Part shown: in pieces, positions 46,918 to 61,948 of the stretch
Layout: the number at the start of each line of letters is the position of its first letter
How positions within the stretch are numbered: position 1 is the stretch's first letter
NCBI RefSeq assembly: GCF_050920415.1
Contig: NZ_CP169309.1
DNA: 64,000 nucleotides
Reading direction: 5' to 3' (one strand)
Origin: Escherichia coli
GTDB taxonomy: Bacteria > Pseudomonadota > Gammaproteobacteria > Enterobacterales > Enterobacteriaceae
Position numbers and translations under genes: made by a program
The notes under the pieces: model-generated
Database searches by the model: none
Seen by the model: the letters and a program-made list of their open reading frames with translations, nothing else
Told to the model about the DNA's origin: nothing

Positions 46918-48560
46918 GATAATTTCTCCAACATTTCTGAATTACTGGCGCCAGGCGGCACCAGCGGCCAGACGTTCTCAAGTTCGTCGATTGAGACATG
47001 AAGCAGGTATGGCCCATCACTGTTCAGCATGGTGTCGAGTGCCGCTTCAACCTGGTCTTTACGGGTGATGTGTTGGCCAGGGATGCCGAAGGCGCTGGCT
47101 AACATGAGGAAATCGGGATTATCGGTAAGGGTGGTTTCGCTATATCGTTCCTGGAAAAACAGTTGCTGCCATTGTCGAACCATCCCTAACCGTTGGTTAT
47201 CGAGTAAGACGATTTTCAACGGTAACTGCTTGCGTTTTACGGTGCCCAGCTCTTGCACATTCATCATGAAAGAGCCGTCACCGGAGATACAGACGACGGT
47301 ATCGTTCGGTCGCGCAACTTGCGCACCAACCGCTGCCGGTAAACCAAACCCCATGGTGCCTAATCCGCTTGAAGTGATGAAATTTTCCGGGCGAGTGTGG
47401 ACGATGTGCTGCGCGGCCCACATCTGGTGCTGCCCTACATCTGTGGTTACTACACAATCTTCAGGTTTACGATCCGACAGTTGTTTTAACAACAACGGCG
47501 CGTAGATAGCATCACCGGGATGGTCATAACGCCAGGCGTGTTCACTACGCATTTGTGCGCAGTGTTGCTGCCAGTCATTGATATTTAACGGCTGCTGTAA
47601 CGCAGGCAACAGCGTGTTTAAATCACCCTGTAATGCCACATGTGCCTGACGCAGCTTGTTCATTTCTGCCGGGTCAATATCCATATGGATAACACTGGCG
47701 TGTGGTGCGAAGGTGTTCAGTTTGCCAGTTACCCGGTCATCAAAACGTGCACCCACGGCGATCAACAAGTCACATTCCTGCACCGCAAAGTTCGCCGCTT
47801 TGGTGCCGTGCATCCCCAGCATGCCCAGATAGTACGGATAATCCGCATCAACTGCGCCAAGTCCTTTCAGCGTGCAGGTGGCAGGCATTTTTGTGGCAGA
47901 GAGAAATTCTCGTAATGCAGGAACTGCCTGCGCCATACCCACGCCACCGCCAACGTACAGCATCGGTTTTTGCGCTTTTGCCAACATCTGGCGCGCTTGC
48001 TCGACTTCGGCATGTGGGAAAGTCACTTCGTTTTCAACGGTGGTGAACCAGGGTTCCAGATCGCCGCTGGCTAACTGGATATCTTTTGGGATATCGACCA
48101 AAACCGGACCGGGACGACCTGAGCTGGCAACTTCGAATGCTTCAGCCATGATGCGCGGCAACTCTTCCATAGACTGTACGAGGAAGCTGTGTTTGGTACA
48201 GGCTAATGACAATCCCAGGACATCAACTTCCTGAAATGCGTCGGTGCCGATGAAGGGAGCGGACACCTGACCGGTGATGGCAACAACAGGGATGGAATCT
48301 AACAGTGCGTCCGCAAGCCCAGTTATCAGGTTGGTTGCGCCCGGACCAGATGTGGCGATACATACGCCAGTTTTGCCGGTAGCACGGGCATAACCGATAG
48401 CCGCCATTGCCGCGCCCTGCTCATGCCGGCACAGCAAGTGCTCCACGCCGCCGTCATACAATGCATCGTAAACCGGCATAATTGCGCCACCCGGATAACC
48501 GAAAACGGTATTCACACCTTGTGTCCGCAACGCATGTACCACCCACTGTGCGCCATTCAT
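46914..48560 (-). CDS. ilvG: Acetolactate synthase II large subunit IlvG, intact reading frame
   Basis: Uninterrupted 548-aa [66 protein letters not shown]...; no frameshift seen. Confidence 0.95.
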
Positions 48561-48640
48561 AGTTAGTTCCCCGTCCTGAATCTTGAGAAACAGAATTTTG
48601 TGCTGTTATTCATTGTCTGCTCCTCGGTTATGTTTTTAAG

Positions 48641-48676
48641 GTCAAAAAAAACCCCCGGACCTTTCGGTGCGGGGGT
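48641..48676 (-). terminator. ilvLGMEDA attenuator (rho-independent terminator of the leader)
   Basis: Reverse strand: CCCCCGCACCGAAAGGUCCGGGGG stem-loop followed by U8, between ilvL and ilvG. Confidence 0.85.
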
Positions 48677-48699
48677 CTTAGTTCGTTAAGGCTTGATCT

Positions 48700-48798
48700 C
48701 TAAGCCTTTCCTCGTCCAAGTGCAGCCCCGCACGGTGGGATAATAATCACCACCACGCTAATCACGACCAGGCTAATCACTCGTAGAAGGGCTGTCAT
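48700..48798 (-). CDS. ilvL: ilv operon leader peptide IlvL (Ile/Leu/Val-rich attenuation peptide)
   Basis: Reverse-strand ORF reads MTALLRVISLVVISVVVIIIPPCGAALGRGKA-TAG (32 aa), 15 of 32 residues are branched-chain. Confidence 0.9.
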   Translation of the reverse strand: MTALLRVISLVVISVVVIIIPPCGAALGRGKA

Positions 48799-49149
48799 TT
48801 TGTCTTTTCTTGCATCTTGTTCGAAGGAATGCCTAAAGAGTTACCATAGATTTTGCGAATAGCACAAGATATTTTTTGGCCGATTTTTATGATGCCTTTA
48901 ATAATTTCAATAGAAATTGTTGTTTTTTAAAAAGAAAACAGTGAGTGAAAAAAATTCAATTTCAGTATGAATGTTGTTCCCTTCTTCGTAGTTAATCCTT
49001 TGTCCACTGCATTTTGCGAGCATCGTTCCACCGCCAGAACAACTCAACTTCACTTGCACAAATAAACAGGAATCAGCCACTAAAATTCACGAATTAGCGG
49101 GCTACAGCAGCGATATCTTATGTACATAATGGCGACTCAAGGAGGGCTT

Positions 49150-50670
49150 ATGTCACTGTCAATTGTTCATACCCGCGCAGCCCTGGGAGTAAATGCGCCC
49201 CCAATCACTGTTGAGGTACATATCAGTAAAGGTCTACCAGGCTTAACGATGGTGGGCTTACCAGAAACAACGGTAAAAGAAGCTCGCGATCGCGTGCGCA
49301 GCGCCATTATCAATAGCGGATATGAATATCCGGCGAAAAAAATCACCATCAACCTTGCTCCAGCCGATCTGCCAAAAGAAGGGGGACGATATGATTTGCC
49401 TATCGCTATTGCGTTACTGACGGCCTCAGAACAGCTTACAGCCAATAAGTTAGATGAATATGAATTAGTCGGAGAACTGGCGCTTACAGGCGCTCTGCGT
49501 GGCGTTCCCGGTGCAATCTCCAGTGCAACTGAAGCTATTAAGTCGGGCAGAAAAATTATCGTCGCGAAAGATAACGAAGATGAAGTGGGGCTAATTAACG
49601 GTGAAGGATGCCTGATAGCCGATCATCTGCAGGCTGTCTGCGCGTTTCTGGAAGGTAAGCACGCTCTCGAACGTCCGAAACCAACTAATGCAGTATCCCG
49701 GGCGCTACAACATGATCTCAGTGATGTTGTCGGTCAGGAGCAAGGAAAGCGAGGACTGGAAATTACCGCCGCTGGCGGGCACAACCTTTTACTGATTGGA
49801 CCGCCGGGAACAGGTAAAACAATGCTCGCCAGCCGTATTAATGGCCTGTTGCCAGATTTAAGCAATGAAGAGGCACTGGAGAGCGCTGCGATATTAAGTC
49901 TGGTAAATGCTGAATCAGTACAAAAACAATGGCGGCAGCGCCCGTTCCGCTCACCTCATCACAGTGCGTCGTTAACTGCGATGGTGGGCGGTGGTGCAAT
50001 TCCAGGGCCTGGTGAAATTTCGCTGGCGCATAACGGCGTGCTTTTTCTTGATGAGCTACCTGAATTTGAACGGCGTACACTGGATGCCTTGCGAGAGCCG
50101 ATTGAATCCGGGCAGATCCATCTTTCACGCACGCGAGCAAAAATAACCTATCCAGCCCGTTTCCAGCTTGTCGCGGCGATGAATCCCAGCCCTACCGGAC
50201 ATTATCAGGGAAACCATAACCGCTGCACACCAGAGCAAACGCTGCGTTATCTCAACCGGCTCTCTGGTCCCTTTCTCGACCGCTTCGATCTCTCACTGGA
50301 GATCCCATTACCGCCACCCGGCATTTTGAGTAAAACGGTAGTGCCGGGAGAAAGCAGCGCCACCGTTAAACAACGCGTAATGGCCGCCAGAGAGCGCCAA
50401 TTTAAGCGGCAGAATAAACTGAATGCCTGGCTGGATAGTCCGGAAATACGCCAATTCTGCAAGCTTGAGAGCGAAGATGCGCAGTGGCTGGAAGAAACGC
50501 TGCTTCATCTGGGGTTATCGATTCGTGCCTGGCAGCGGTTACTTAAAGTTGCACGAACCATTGCTGATATTGATCAGTCTGACATTATTACACGTCAGCA
50601 TTTGCAGGAGGCTGTTAGCTATCGTGCTATCGACCGCTTGCTCATCCATTTGCAAAAACTGCTGACATAA
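49150..50670 (+). CDS. yifB: Mg-chelatase-like AAA+ ATPase YifB (ComM family)
   Basis: ORF from MSLSIVHTRAALGVNAPPITVEVHISKGLPGLTMVGLPE... with aaggaggg Shine-Dalgarno; Walker A GPPGTGKTM; divergent from ilvL. Confidence 0.92.
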   Translation: MSLSIVHTRAALGVNAPPITVEVHISKGLPGLTMVGLPETTVKEARDRVRSAIINSGYEYPAKKITINLAPADLPKEGGRYDLPIAIALLTASEQLTANKLDEYELVGELALTGALRGVPGAISSATEAIKSGRKIIVAKDNEDEVGLINGEGCLIADHLQAVCAFLEGKHALERPKPTNAVSRALQHDLSDVVGQEQGKRGLEITAAGGHNLLLIGPPGTGKTMLASRINGLLPDLSNEEALESAAILSLVNAESVQKQWRQRPFRSPHHSASLTAMVGGGAIPGPGEISLAHNGVLFLDELPEFERRTLDALREPIESGQIHLSRTRAKITYPARFQLVAAMNPSPTGHYQGNHNRCTPEQTLRYLNRLSGPFLDRFDLSLEIPLPPPGILSKTVVPGESSATVKQRVMAARERQFKRQNKLNAWLDSPEIRQFCKLESEDAQWLEETLLHLGLSIRAWQRLLKVARTIADIDQSDIITRQHLQEAVSYRAIDRLLIHLQKLLT

Positions 50671-50695
50671 AAAAAGGGCATTTCGCCCTTTTTAT
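50671..50695. terminator. Bidirectional rho-independent terminator between convergent yifB and yifE
   Basis: aaaaagggc-atttc-gccctttttatt palindrome with A-run on one side and T-run on the other; overlaps the yifE stop codon. Confidence 0.75.
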
Positions 50696-51033
50696 TAATC
50701 GTCGGAATCGGTGTAGTCTTCAGCACCTTCAACCTGCGGTTTACCGCCGGAAAGGGTGTGAAAACGTTTTGGACGCTTGATACGCGTCATATACTTGGAC
50801 CACACGCGTTCTGCTTCTGTCACTGGCTCACGTTCGCCACGGCATACTGCTACGAAGAGTTTCTCTTCCTCGGTAACCGGCTCGCGTTTGCCGAGATCCA
50901 GCTCATTGAAGGCATAACCATGACGCTCAAGCAGTTGTGCCTCTTTGATGGTGAAATCACCATGACGAGAGAATCCACGTGGATAATGTTTATTGTCGAA
51001 ATATCGATTAGTCGTCGTAAAGCTTTCCGCCAT
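50695..51033 (-). CDS. maoP: YifE / MaoP (macrodomain Ori organisation protein)
   Basis: 112-aa [63 protein letters not shown]... Confidence 0.9.
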   Translation of the reverse strand: MAESFTTTNRYFDNKHYPRGFSRHGDFTIKEAQLLERHGYAFNELDLGKREPVTEEEKLFVAVCRGEREPVTEAERVWSKYMTRIKRPKRFHTLSGGKPQVEGAEDYTDSDD

Positions 51034-51151
51034 CCTGCACGCTCCTAATTCTTTGACCGAGCTAGTTATGGCGCGGAGTATTAGTTACGCTTGACAGAGT
51101 GTAAAACAAAACATTTAAATCATAACGACAAATAATTTTGCGGAGAGCACT

Positions 51152-51991
51152 GTGGATACGGAATTGTTAAAAACTTTCCTGGAAGTTAGCCGAACGCGTC
51201 ACTTTGGTCGAGCTGCTGAATCGCTCTATCTGACCCAGTCAGCAGTGAGCTTTCGAATCAGACAACTGGAAAATCAACTGGGTGTGAACCTTTTCACCCG
51301 CCACAGAAACAATATCCGTTTAACCGCTGCCGGTGAAAAACTACTGCCTTACGCAGAAACGCTCATGAGTACCTGGCAGGCCGCCCGTAAGGAGGTGGCG
51401 CATACCTCACGACATAATGAGTTTTCTATCGGTGCCAGCGCCTCGTTGTGGGAATGTATGCTTAATCAGTGGTTGGGACGCTTGTATCAAAACCAGGATG
51501 CCCATACAGGTTTACAGTTCGAAGCGCGAATTGCCCAACGGCAGTCTCTGGTAAAACAGCTGCATGAACGCCAGCTTGATCTTCTTATTACTACTGAAGC
51601 ACCCAAAATGGACGAATTTAGCAGTCAGTTGTTGGGGTATTTCACTTTAGCGCTTTATACCAGTGCCCCTTCTAAACTAAAGGGAGATCTAAACTATCTG
51701 CGATTAGAGTGGGGGCCAGATTTTCAACAGCATGAGGCAGGTTTGATCGGTGCTGACGAAGTTCCCATTCTGACAACGAGTTCAGCTGAACTGGCACAGC
51801 AACAGATTGCGATGCTTAATGGTTGCACCTGGCTACCAGTCAGCTGGGCGCGTAAAAAAGGCGGTCTGCATACCGTTGTCGATAGCACAACACTTTCACG
51901 GCCGCTTTATGCTATATGGCTGCAAAATAGCGATAAAAATGCGTTGATTCGTGATCTATTGAAAATTAACGTGCTGGATGAAGTGTATTAA
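51152..51991 (+). CDS. hdfR: LysR-family regulator HdfR (flhDC repressor), GTG start
   Basis: 279-aa ORF (M)[47 protein letters not shown]...; initiates at GTG 51152. Confidence 0.92.
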
Positions 51992-52051
51992 TCAGAATGA
52001 CTGGCAAGGATGCCGGTGGAAAGATTTACTTCGGAGAGGGTTATTACAGAC

Positions 52052-52080
52052 AAAAAAAATCCTTAGCTTTCGCTAAGGAT
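52052..52080 (-). terminator. rrnC operon terminator (rho-independent)
   Basis: Reverse strand: AUCCUUAGCGAAAGCUAAGGAU hairpin followed by U-run, just distal to trpT. Confidence 0.8.
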
Positions 52081-52086
52081 GATTTC

Positions 52087-52162
52087 TGGCAGGGGCGGAG
52101 AGACTCGAACTCCCAACACCCGGTTTTGGAGACCGGTGCTCTACCAATTGAACTACGCCCCT
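52087..52162 (-). tRNA. trpT: tRNA-Trp (CCA)
   Basis: Reverse complement gives AGGGGCGUAGUUCAAUUGGUAGAGCACCGGUCUCCAAAACCGGGUGUUGGGAGUUCGAGUCUCUCCGCCCCUGCCA. Confidence 0.95.
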
Positions 52163-52170
52163 AATTAGGG

Positions 52171-52247
52171 TGGCGGAACGGACGGGACTCGAACCCGCGA
52201 CCCCCTGCGTGACAGGCAGGTATTCTAACCGACTGAACTACCGCTCC
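52171..52247 (-). tRNA. aspT: tRNA-Asp (GUC)
   Basis: Reverse complement gives GGAGCGGUAGUUCAGUCGGUUAGAAUACCUGCCUGUCACGCAGGGGGUCGCGGGUUCGAGUCCCGUCCGUUCCGCCA. Confidence 0.95.
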
Positions 52248-52299
52248 ACCGAATTCTTTTACAACCACCGGTTTTATGACCGGCTTACTGCTTAATTTG

Positions 52300-52419
52300 A
52301 TGCCTGGCAGTTCCCTACTCTCGCATGGGGAGACCCCACACTACCATCGGCGCTACGGCGTTTCACTTCTGAGTTCGGCATGGGGTCAGGTGGGACCACC
52401 GCGCTAAGGCCGCCAGGCA
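52300..52419 (-). rRNA. rrfC: 5S ribosomal RNA
   Basis: Reverse complement reads UGCCUGGCGGCC...GGUGGUCCCACCUGACCCCAUGCCGAACUCAGAAGUGAAACGCCGUAGCGCCGAUGGUAGUGUGGGGUCUCCCCAUGCGAGAGUAGGGAACUGCCAGGCAU. Confidence 0.95.
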
Positions 52420-52513
52420 AATTCTGTTTCATCAGACCGCTTCTGCGTTCTGATTTAATCTGTATCAGGCTGAAAATCTTCTCTCAATCCGCCAAAACAC
52501 CTTCGGCGTTGTA

Positions 52514-55414
<2,901 letters not shown>

Positions 55415-55607
55415 TCACAACCCGAAGATGTTTCTTTCGATTCATCATCGTGTTGCGAAAATTTGAGAGACTCACGAACAACTTGCGTTGTTCAGTGTTT
55501 CAATTTTCAGCTTGATCCAGATTTTTAAAGAGCAAATATCTCAAACATCACCCGAAGATGAGTTTTGAGATATTAAGGCAGGTGACTTTCACTCACAAAC
55601 CAGCAAG

Positions 55608-55683
55608 TGGCGTCCCCTAGGGGATTCGAACCCCTGTTACCGCCGTGAAAGGGCGGTGTCCTGGGCCTCTAGACGAAGGGGAC
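55608..55683 (-). tRNA. gltU: tRNA-Glu (UUC), 16S-23S spacer tRNA
   Basis: Reverse complement gives GUCCCCUUCGUCUAGAGGCCCAGGACACCGCCCUUUCACGGCGGUAACAGGGGUUCGAAUCCCCUAGGGGACGCCA. Confidence 0.95.
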
Positions 55684-55768
55684 GTATCAGTCTGCTTCGC
55701 AAGACGCCTTGCTTTTCACTTTCTATCAGACAATCTGTGTGAGCACTGCAAAGCACAGTTCTTTAAGG

Positions 55769-57310
<1,542 letters not shown>

Positions 57311-57479
57311 AAAAGTTTGATGCTCAAAGAATTAAACTTCGTAATGAATTACGTGTTCACTCTTGAGACTTGGTATTCATTTTTCGTCTTGCGACGTTAA
57401 GAATCCGTATCTTCGAGTGCCCACACAGATTGTCTGATAAATTGTTAAAGAGCAGTGCCGCTTCGCTTTTTCTCAGCGG

Positions 57480-57520
57480 CGCGGGGTGTGCATAATACGC
57501 TTTCCCGCTTCAGAGTCAAG
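57480..57520 (-). promoter_or_regulatory. rrnC P2 promoter
   Basis: Reverse strand reads CTTGACTCTGAAGCGGGAAAGCGTATTATGCACACCCCGC (-35 TTGACT, -10 TATTAT, GC-rich discriminator). Confidence 0.8.
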
Positions 57521-57600
57521 CATTTTTTTGCTTTTCTCTGTCGAGATTCTCAGAAGAATCTCGCTGACCCGGCGGCGTGTTTGCCGTTGTTCCGTGTCAG

Positions 57601-57660
57601 TGGTGGCGCATTATAGGGAGTTATTCCGGCCTGACAAGAGGAAATTTAAAATAATTTCCC
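57601..57660 (-). promoter_or_regulatory. rrnC P1 promoter with upstream A/T-rich UP element
   Basis: Reverse strand reads TTGTCAGGCCGGAATAACTCCCTATAATGCGCCACCACTG (-35 TTGTCA, -10 TATAAT, GCGC discriminator), preceded by aaatttaaaataatttcc; Fis sites expected further upstream (57660-57780) but not individually mapped. Confidence 0.85.
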
Positions 57661-57789
57661 GACCGCGCATTTTTTCAGCAAAAACCCCGTTAATGTGCCA
57701 TAAAACAAGCAATTTGCCGTTTTTGCAACCGTAATCACACTTCCTGGTGGCATACTAAAGAGGAATAAAAAGAAAAAGGAAAATTAGTA

Positions 57790-58482
57790 ATGCCTTTAAG
57801 CGCACAACAGTTAGCTGCACAGAAAAACCTTTCGTATGTTCTGGCTGAGAAGCTGGCGCAACGGATCTTAAAAGGTGAATATGAACCCGGCACCATTTTG
57901 CCTGGTGAGATTGAGCTGGGCGAGCAATTTGGAGTGAGTCGTACAGCGGTACGCGAAGCGGTTAAAACGTTAACGGCAAAAGGGATGGTTTTACCGCGAC
58001 CACGAATTGGTACCCGGGTCATGCCACAATCAAACTGGAATTTTCTTGATCAGGAATTGCTTACCTGGTGGATGACAGAAGAGAACTTTCATCAGGTCAT
58101 CGATCACTTTCTGGTTATGCGTATCTGTCTGGAGCCGCAAGCTTGCCTACTGGCTGCAACGGTTGGCACCGCGGAACAGAAGGCGCATCTCAATACGTTA
58201 ATGGCCGAAATGGTGGCATTAAAAGAGAACTTTCGCCGTGAACGCTGGATTGAGGTCGATATGGCCTGGCATGAGCATATCTATGAAATGAGCGCCAATC
58301 CGTTTTTGACCTCATTCGCCTCGCTCTTCCATTCGGTTTATCACACTTACTTCACGTCAATTACCAGCGACACAGTGATAAAGCTGGATCTGCACCAGGC
58401 GATTGTTGATGCGATTATCCAAAGCGATGGCGACGCGGCATTTAAAGCTTGTCAGGCGCTGCTACGCTCACCTGATAAGTGA
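57790..58482 (+). CDS. yieP: GntR/FadR-family transcriptional regulator YieP
   Basis: 230-aa ORF with N-terminal winged HTH (GTILPGEIELGEQFGVSRTAVREAVKTL) and FCD-like C-terminal domain. Confidence 0.9.
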   Translation: MPLSAQQLAAQKNLSYVLAEKLAQRILKGEYEPGTILPGEIELGEQFGVSRTAVREAVKTLTAKGMVLPRPRIGTRVMPQSNWNFLDQELLTWWMTEENFHQVIDHFLVMRICLEPQACLLAATVGTAEQKAHLNTLMAEMVALKENFRRERWIEVDMAWHEHIYEMSANPFLTSFASLFHSVYHTYFTSITSDTVIKLDLHQAIVDAIIQSDGDAAFKACQALLRSPDK

Positions 58483-58504
58483 CACCCCGATAACAGGACA
58501 TTGA

Positions 58505-59932
58505 ATGAGCGATAAAAAGAAGCGCAGTATGGCGGGTTTGCCGTGGATCGCGGCGATGGCCTTCTTCATGCAGGCACTTGATGCCACTATTCTGAATACC
58601 GCCTTACCCGCAATCGCTCATAGCCTTAATCGTTCTCCTCTCGCGATGCAATCAGCCATCATCAGTTACACGCTGACGGTGGCGATGCTTATTCCGGTAA
58701 GCGGATGGCTAGCCGATCGCTTCGGTACGCGTCGCATATTTACCCTTGCCGTGAGTCTGTTCACATTGGGTTCTCTGGCCTGCGCACTTTCTAACTCGCT
58801 ACCACAGCTGGTTGTCTTCCGGGTTATTCAGGGGATAGGTGGCGCAATGATGATGCCTGTTGCTCGGCTGGCCTTACTGCGTGCTTATCCTCGTAATGAG
58901 CTTCTTCCTGTATTGAATTTTGTCGCCATGCCGGGTCTGGTGGGGCCAATTTTAGGCCCCGTACTTGGCGGCGTGCTGGTCACCTGGGCAACCTGGCACT
59001 GGATATTTTTAATCAATATCCCCATAGGTATTGCCGGCCTTCTTTACGCGCGCAAACATATGCCCAATTTCACCACCGCACGACGCAGATTCGATATCAC
59101 TGGCTTTTTGCTGTTTGGCCTCAGCCTTGTTCTCTTCTCAAGCGGAATAGAGCTATTCGGTGAAAAGATTGTCGCCAGTTGGATTGCCTTGACGGTAATT
59201 GTCACCAGCATCGGGTTACTGCTTCTCTATATTCTCCATGCACGACACACGCTAAACCCATTAATTTCATTAGATTTATTTAAAACCCGCACTTTCTCGA
59301 TCGGTATAGTAGGCAATATTGCAACCCGTCTGGGGACCGGCTGTGTACCGTTCCTTATGCCATTGATGTTACAGGTAGGATTTGGTTATCAGGCGTTTAT
59401 TGCCGGCTGTATGATGGCACCGACAGCATTAGGTTCCATTATTGCAAAATCGATGGTTACCCAAGTCTTACGTCGTCTGGGCTATCGCCATACGTTAGTG
59501 GGGATCACGGTAATTATTGGGCTAATGATCGCTCAGTTCTCTTTGCAATCACCAGCAATGGCGATATGGATGCTGATCTTGCCGTTATTTATATTAGGGA
59601 TGGCTATGTCGACGCAATTTACCGCGATGAATACCATCACACTTGCCGATCTGACCGATGACAACGCCAGCAGCGGTAACAGTGTTCTGGCGGTCACGCA
59701 GCAACTGTCTATCAGTTTAGGCGTTGCTGTAAGTGCGGCCGTCCTTCGCGTTTATGAAGGGATGGAAGGCACAACGACTGTCGAACAATTCCACTATACG
59801 TTTATCACAATGGGCATTATTACTGTTGCTTCAGCAGCAATGTTCATGCTTCTGAAAACAACCGATGGTAATAATTTGATCAAAAGACAGCGTAAATCTA
59901 AGCCGAACCGCGTTCCATCAGAATCGGAGTAA
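58505..59932 (+). CDS. hsrA: MFS transporter HsrA (YieO), putative drug:H+ antiporter
   Basis: 475-aa 14-TM-type MFS ORF immediately after yieP. Confidence 0.9.
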
Positions 59933-60890
59933 GTTGTAATCGTTGTTGCTGAAGGGTCGGCTGGGTTATCCGATGGATGAGTACATCAATCGCCAGCTCC
60001 CCCAGTTCATCTTTCGGTTGATGGATAGTGGTTAATGGTGGCGTCATAAAGCTTGCCAGTTCGATATCGTCATAGCCAATCACCGCGATATCCTGCGGAA
60101 CCTGTAACTCTGCCTGATATAGCGCCTGGTAAACGCCAACAGCCATAGCGTCATTTCCGGTAAAGACGGCCTGAGGACGCAGCGGATGTGATAACAGTTG
60201 GCGCATAGCGTCAAACCCACCGTTAAATTCAAAATCACCCGTAACTTCATAACCATCGGGAATGTTGAGACCAGCTCTCTTCATCGCCGCCCGATAACCT
60301 TCTAACCGCAGGCGCGCCGGTGTTTTATCCAGCGGGCCAGTAATACAAGCAATACGGGTATGACCTTTATCGATCAGATATTGCGTTGCTAAGTCTCCGC
60401 CCAGCAACGAGTTATCCTGAATAAGATCGCTGTCGCCGTCGAACGGTGCCCAGTCCATCATCACGGTAGGCACTGTCGGATAACGTTGCATGATTTCACG
60501 CGAAGGCTGATGCGTTTCGGTGCACAGTAACAGCAAGCCATCAACGCGTTTTTGCATCAGCGTTTCCAGATTGCGATTCATCCGCTGTTCATCGCCTTCG
60601 GTATTGCAAAGGACAAGACTATAACCGCGTTCGAAGCAGCTGCGTTCAACGCCACGCACCAGTTCAGAATAGAAAGGATTGGTACTGGCAGTGATCAACA
60701 TGCCAATAGTATGTGTTTGATTGAGTTTGAGGCTACGCGCCAGAGCTGATGGCGCGTAATTGAGTTCTTTAATCGCCGCTTCAACTTTGGCGGTAATCGC
60801 TTCACTGACGAAGCGATCTTTATTGATAACGTGAGAAACTGTTGAGGTAGAAACGCCCGCCAGGCGGGCAACATCTTTCATTGTAGCCAA
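59898..60890 (-). CDS. rbsR: Ribose operon repressor RbsR (LacI family)
   Basis: 330-aa [58 protein letters not shown]...; 3' end overlaps hsrA 3' end by 35 bp. Confidence 0.95.
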
Positions 60891-60893
60891 GCG

Positions 60894-61823
60894 TCACCTC
60901 TGCCTGTCTAAAAATGCGTCGATCTCTTCACGCCACGGTACGGAAGGTTGTGCGCCTTTACGTGTTACGGCAATCGCAGCGGCGGCATGGGCAAAACGAA
61001 TCGCCTCTGGCAATGGTTTTTCTTCCAGCAACGCCGTGATTAACGCGCCGTTAAAAGTATCTCCGGCAGCAATGGTATCGACAGCCTGCACCCGGAATCC
61101 AGGAACGCGCTGACCTTCACCATTCACGCTAGCCCACACACCACGACTTCCTAAGGTGATCAGTACGGTACGGATACCTTTTTCATGCAGTACCTGCGCG
61201 GCCTTCGCTGCATCTTCATCATTTTCAACGCGAATACCGGTGAGCTTTTCTGCTTCCGTTTCATTTGGCGTAATAATGTCCACCAGAGCCAGCAGTTCGT
61301 CAGGAAGTTCACGAGCCGGAGCTGGGTTAAGCGCAACGATAGTCTTATTTTGATGGGCGATTTTCGCCGCTGCCATCACACTTTCGAGTGGTGATTCCAG
61401 CTGCATTAATAATGCCGATGCGTTAGCAATACGCTCACGTTGCGCCTCCACCAACGCAGGGGAAAGGGCTGCGTTAGCGCCGGCATGAATACCAATGACA
61501 TTCTCACCTTCGCCATTAACAAAAATCAGCGCCACACCTGTTGATTCGCCTTTGATCACGCTCACCGGAGAAATATCGATGTTATCAGTGGCGAGCTGCT
61601 GGCGAACGCTCTCACCAATACTGTCATCACCCGTACAGGCAATAAACGCGATATTCGCACCGCTACGCCCAGCAGCCACAGCCTGATTAGCGCCTTTGCC
61701 GCCAAATGCAACCTGATAGTGATTACCGGTTACGGTTTCGCCTGGAGTAGGAAAAGATTGAAGATTAAGAATGTGGTCAGCATTAATGCTGCCAAGAACA
61801 ACGAGGCTGCCTGCGTTTTGCAT
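60894..61823 (-). CDS. rbsK: Ribokinase RbsK
   Basis: ORF contains MQNAGSLVVLGSINADHILNLQSFPTPGETVTGNHYQVAFGGKGANQAVAAG...; start set to give 309 aa. Confidence 0.95.
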   Translation of the reverse strand: MQNAGSLVVLGSINADHILNLQSFPTPGETVTGNHYQVAFGGKGANQAVAAGRSGANIAFIACTGDDSIGESVRQQLATDNIDISPVSVIKGESTGVALIFVNGEGENVIGIHAGANAALSPALVEAQRERIANASALLMQLESPLESVMAAAKIAHQNKTIVALNPAPARELPDELLALVDIITPNETEAEKLTGIRVENDEDAAKAAQVLHEKGIRTVLITLGSRGVWASVNGEGQRVPGFRVQAVDTIAAGDTFNGALITALLEEKPLPEAIRFAHAAAAIAVTRKGAQPSVPWREEIDAFLDRQR

Positions 61824-61948
61824 ATTCGGGATGTCCATAAAATGCGCCACCGTGTTAGGGTGGCGCGTGCCCTGCTTTTCTTTATTTTACACGTTCATCT
61901 GTCGATGACGTATTTATGTCACCATCAGGTCATACAACCTGATTAAAA

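Noticed and set aside
52300-52419. Single-base difference in 5S rRNA (gcgctaagg where I recalled gcgctacgg)
   Set aside because: My recollection of the consensus at that position is not reliable enough, and rrf copies differ slightly between operons; not reportable without alignment.
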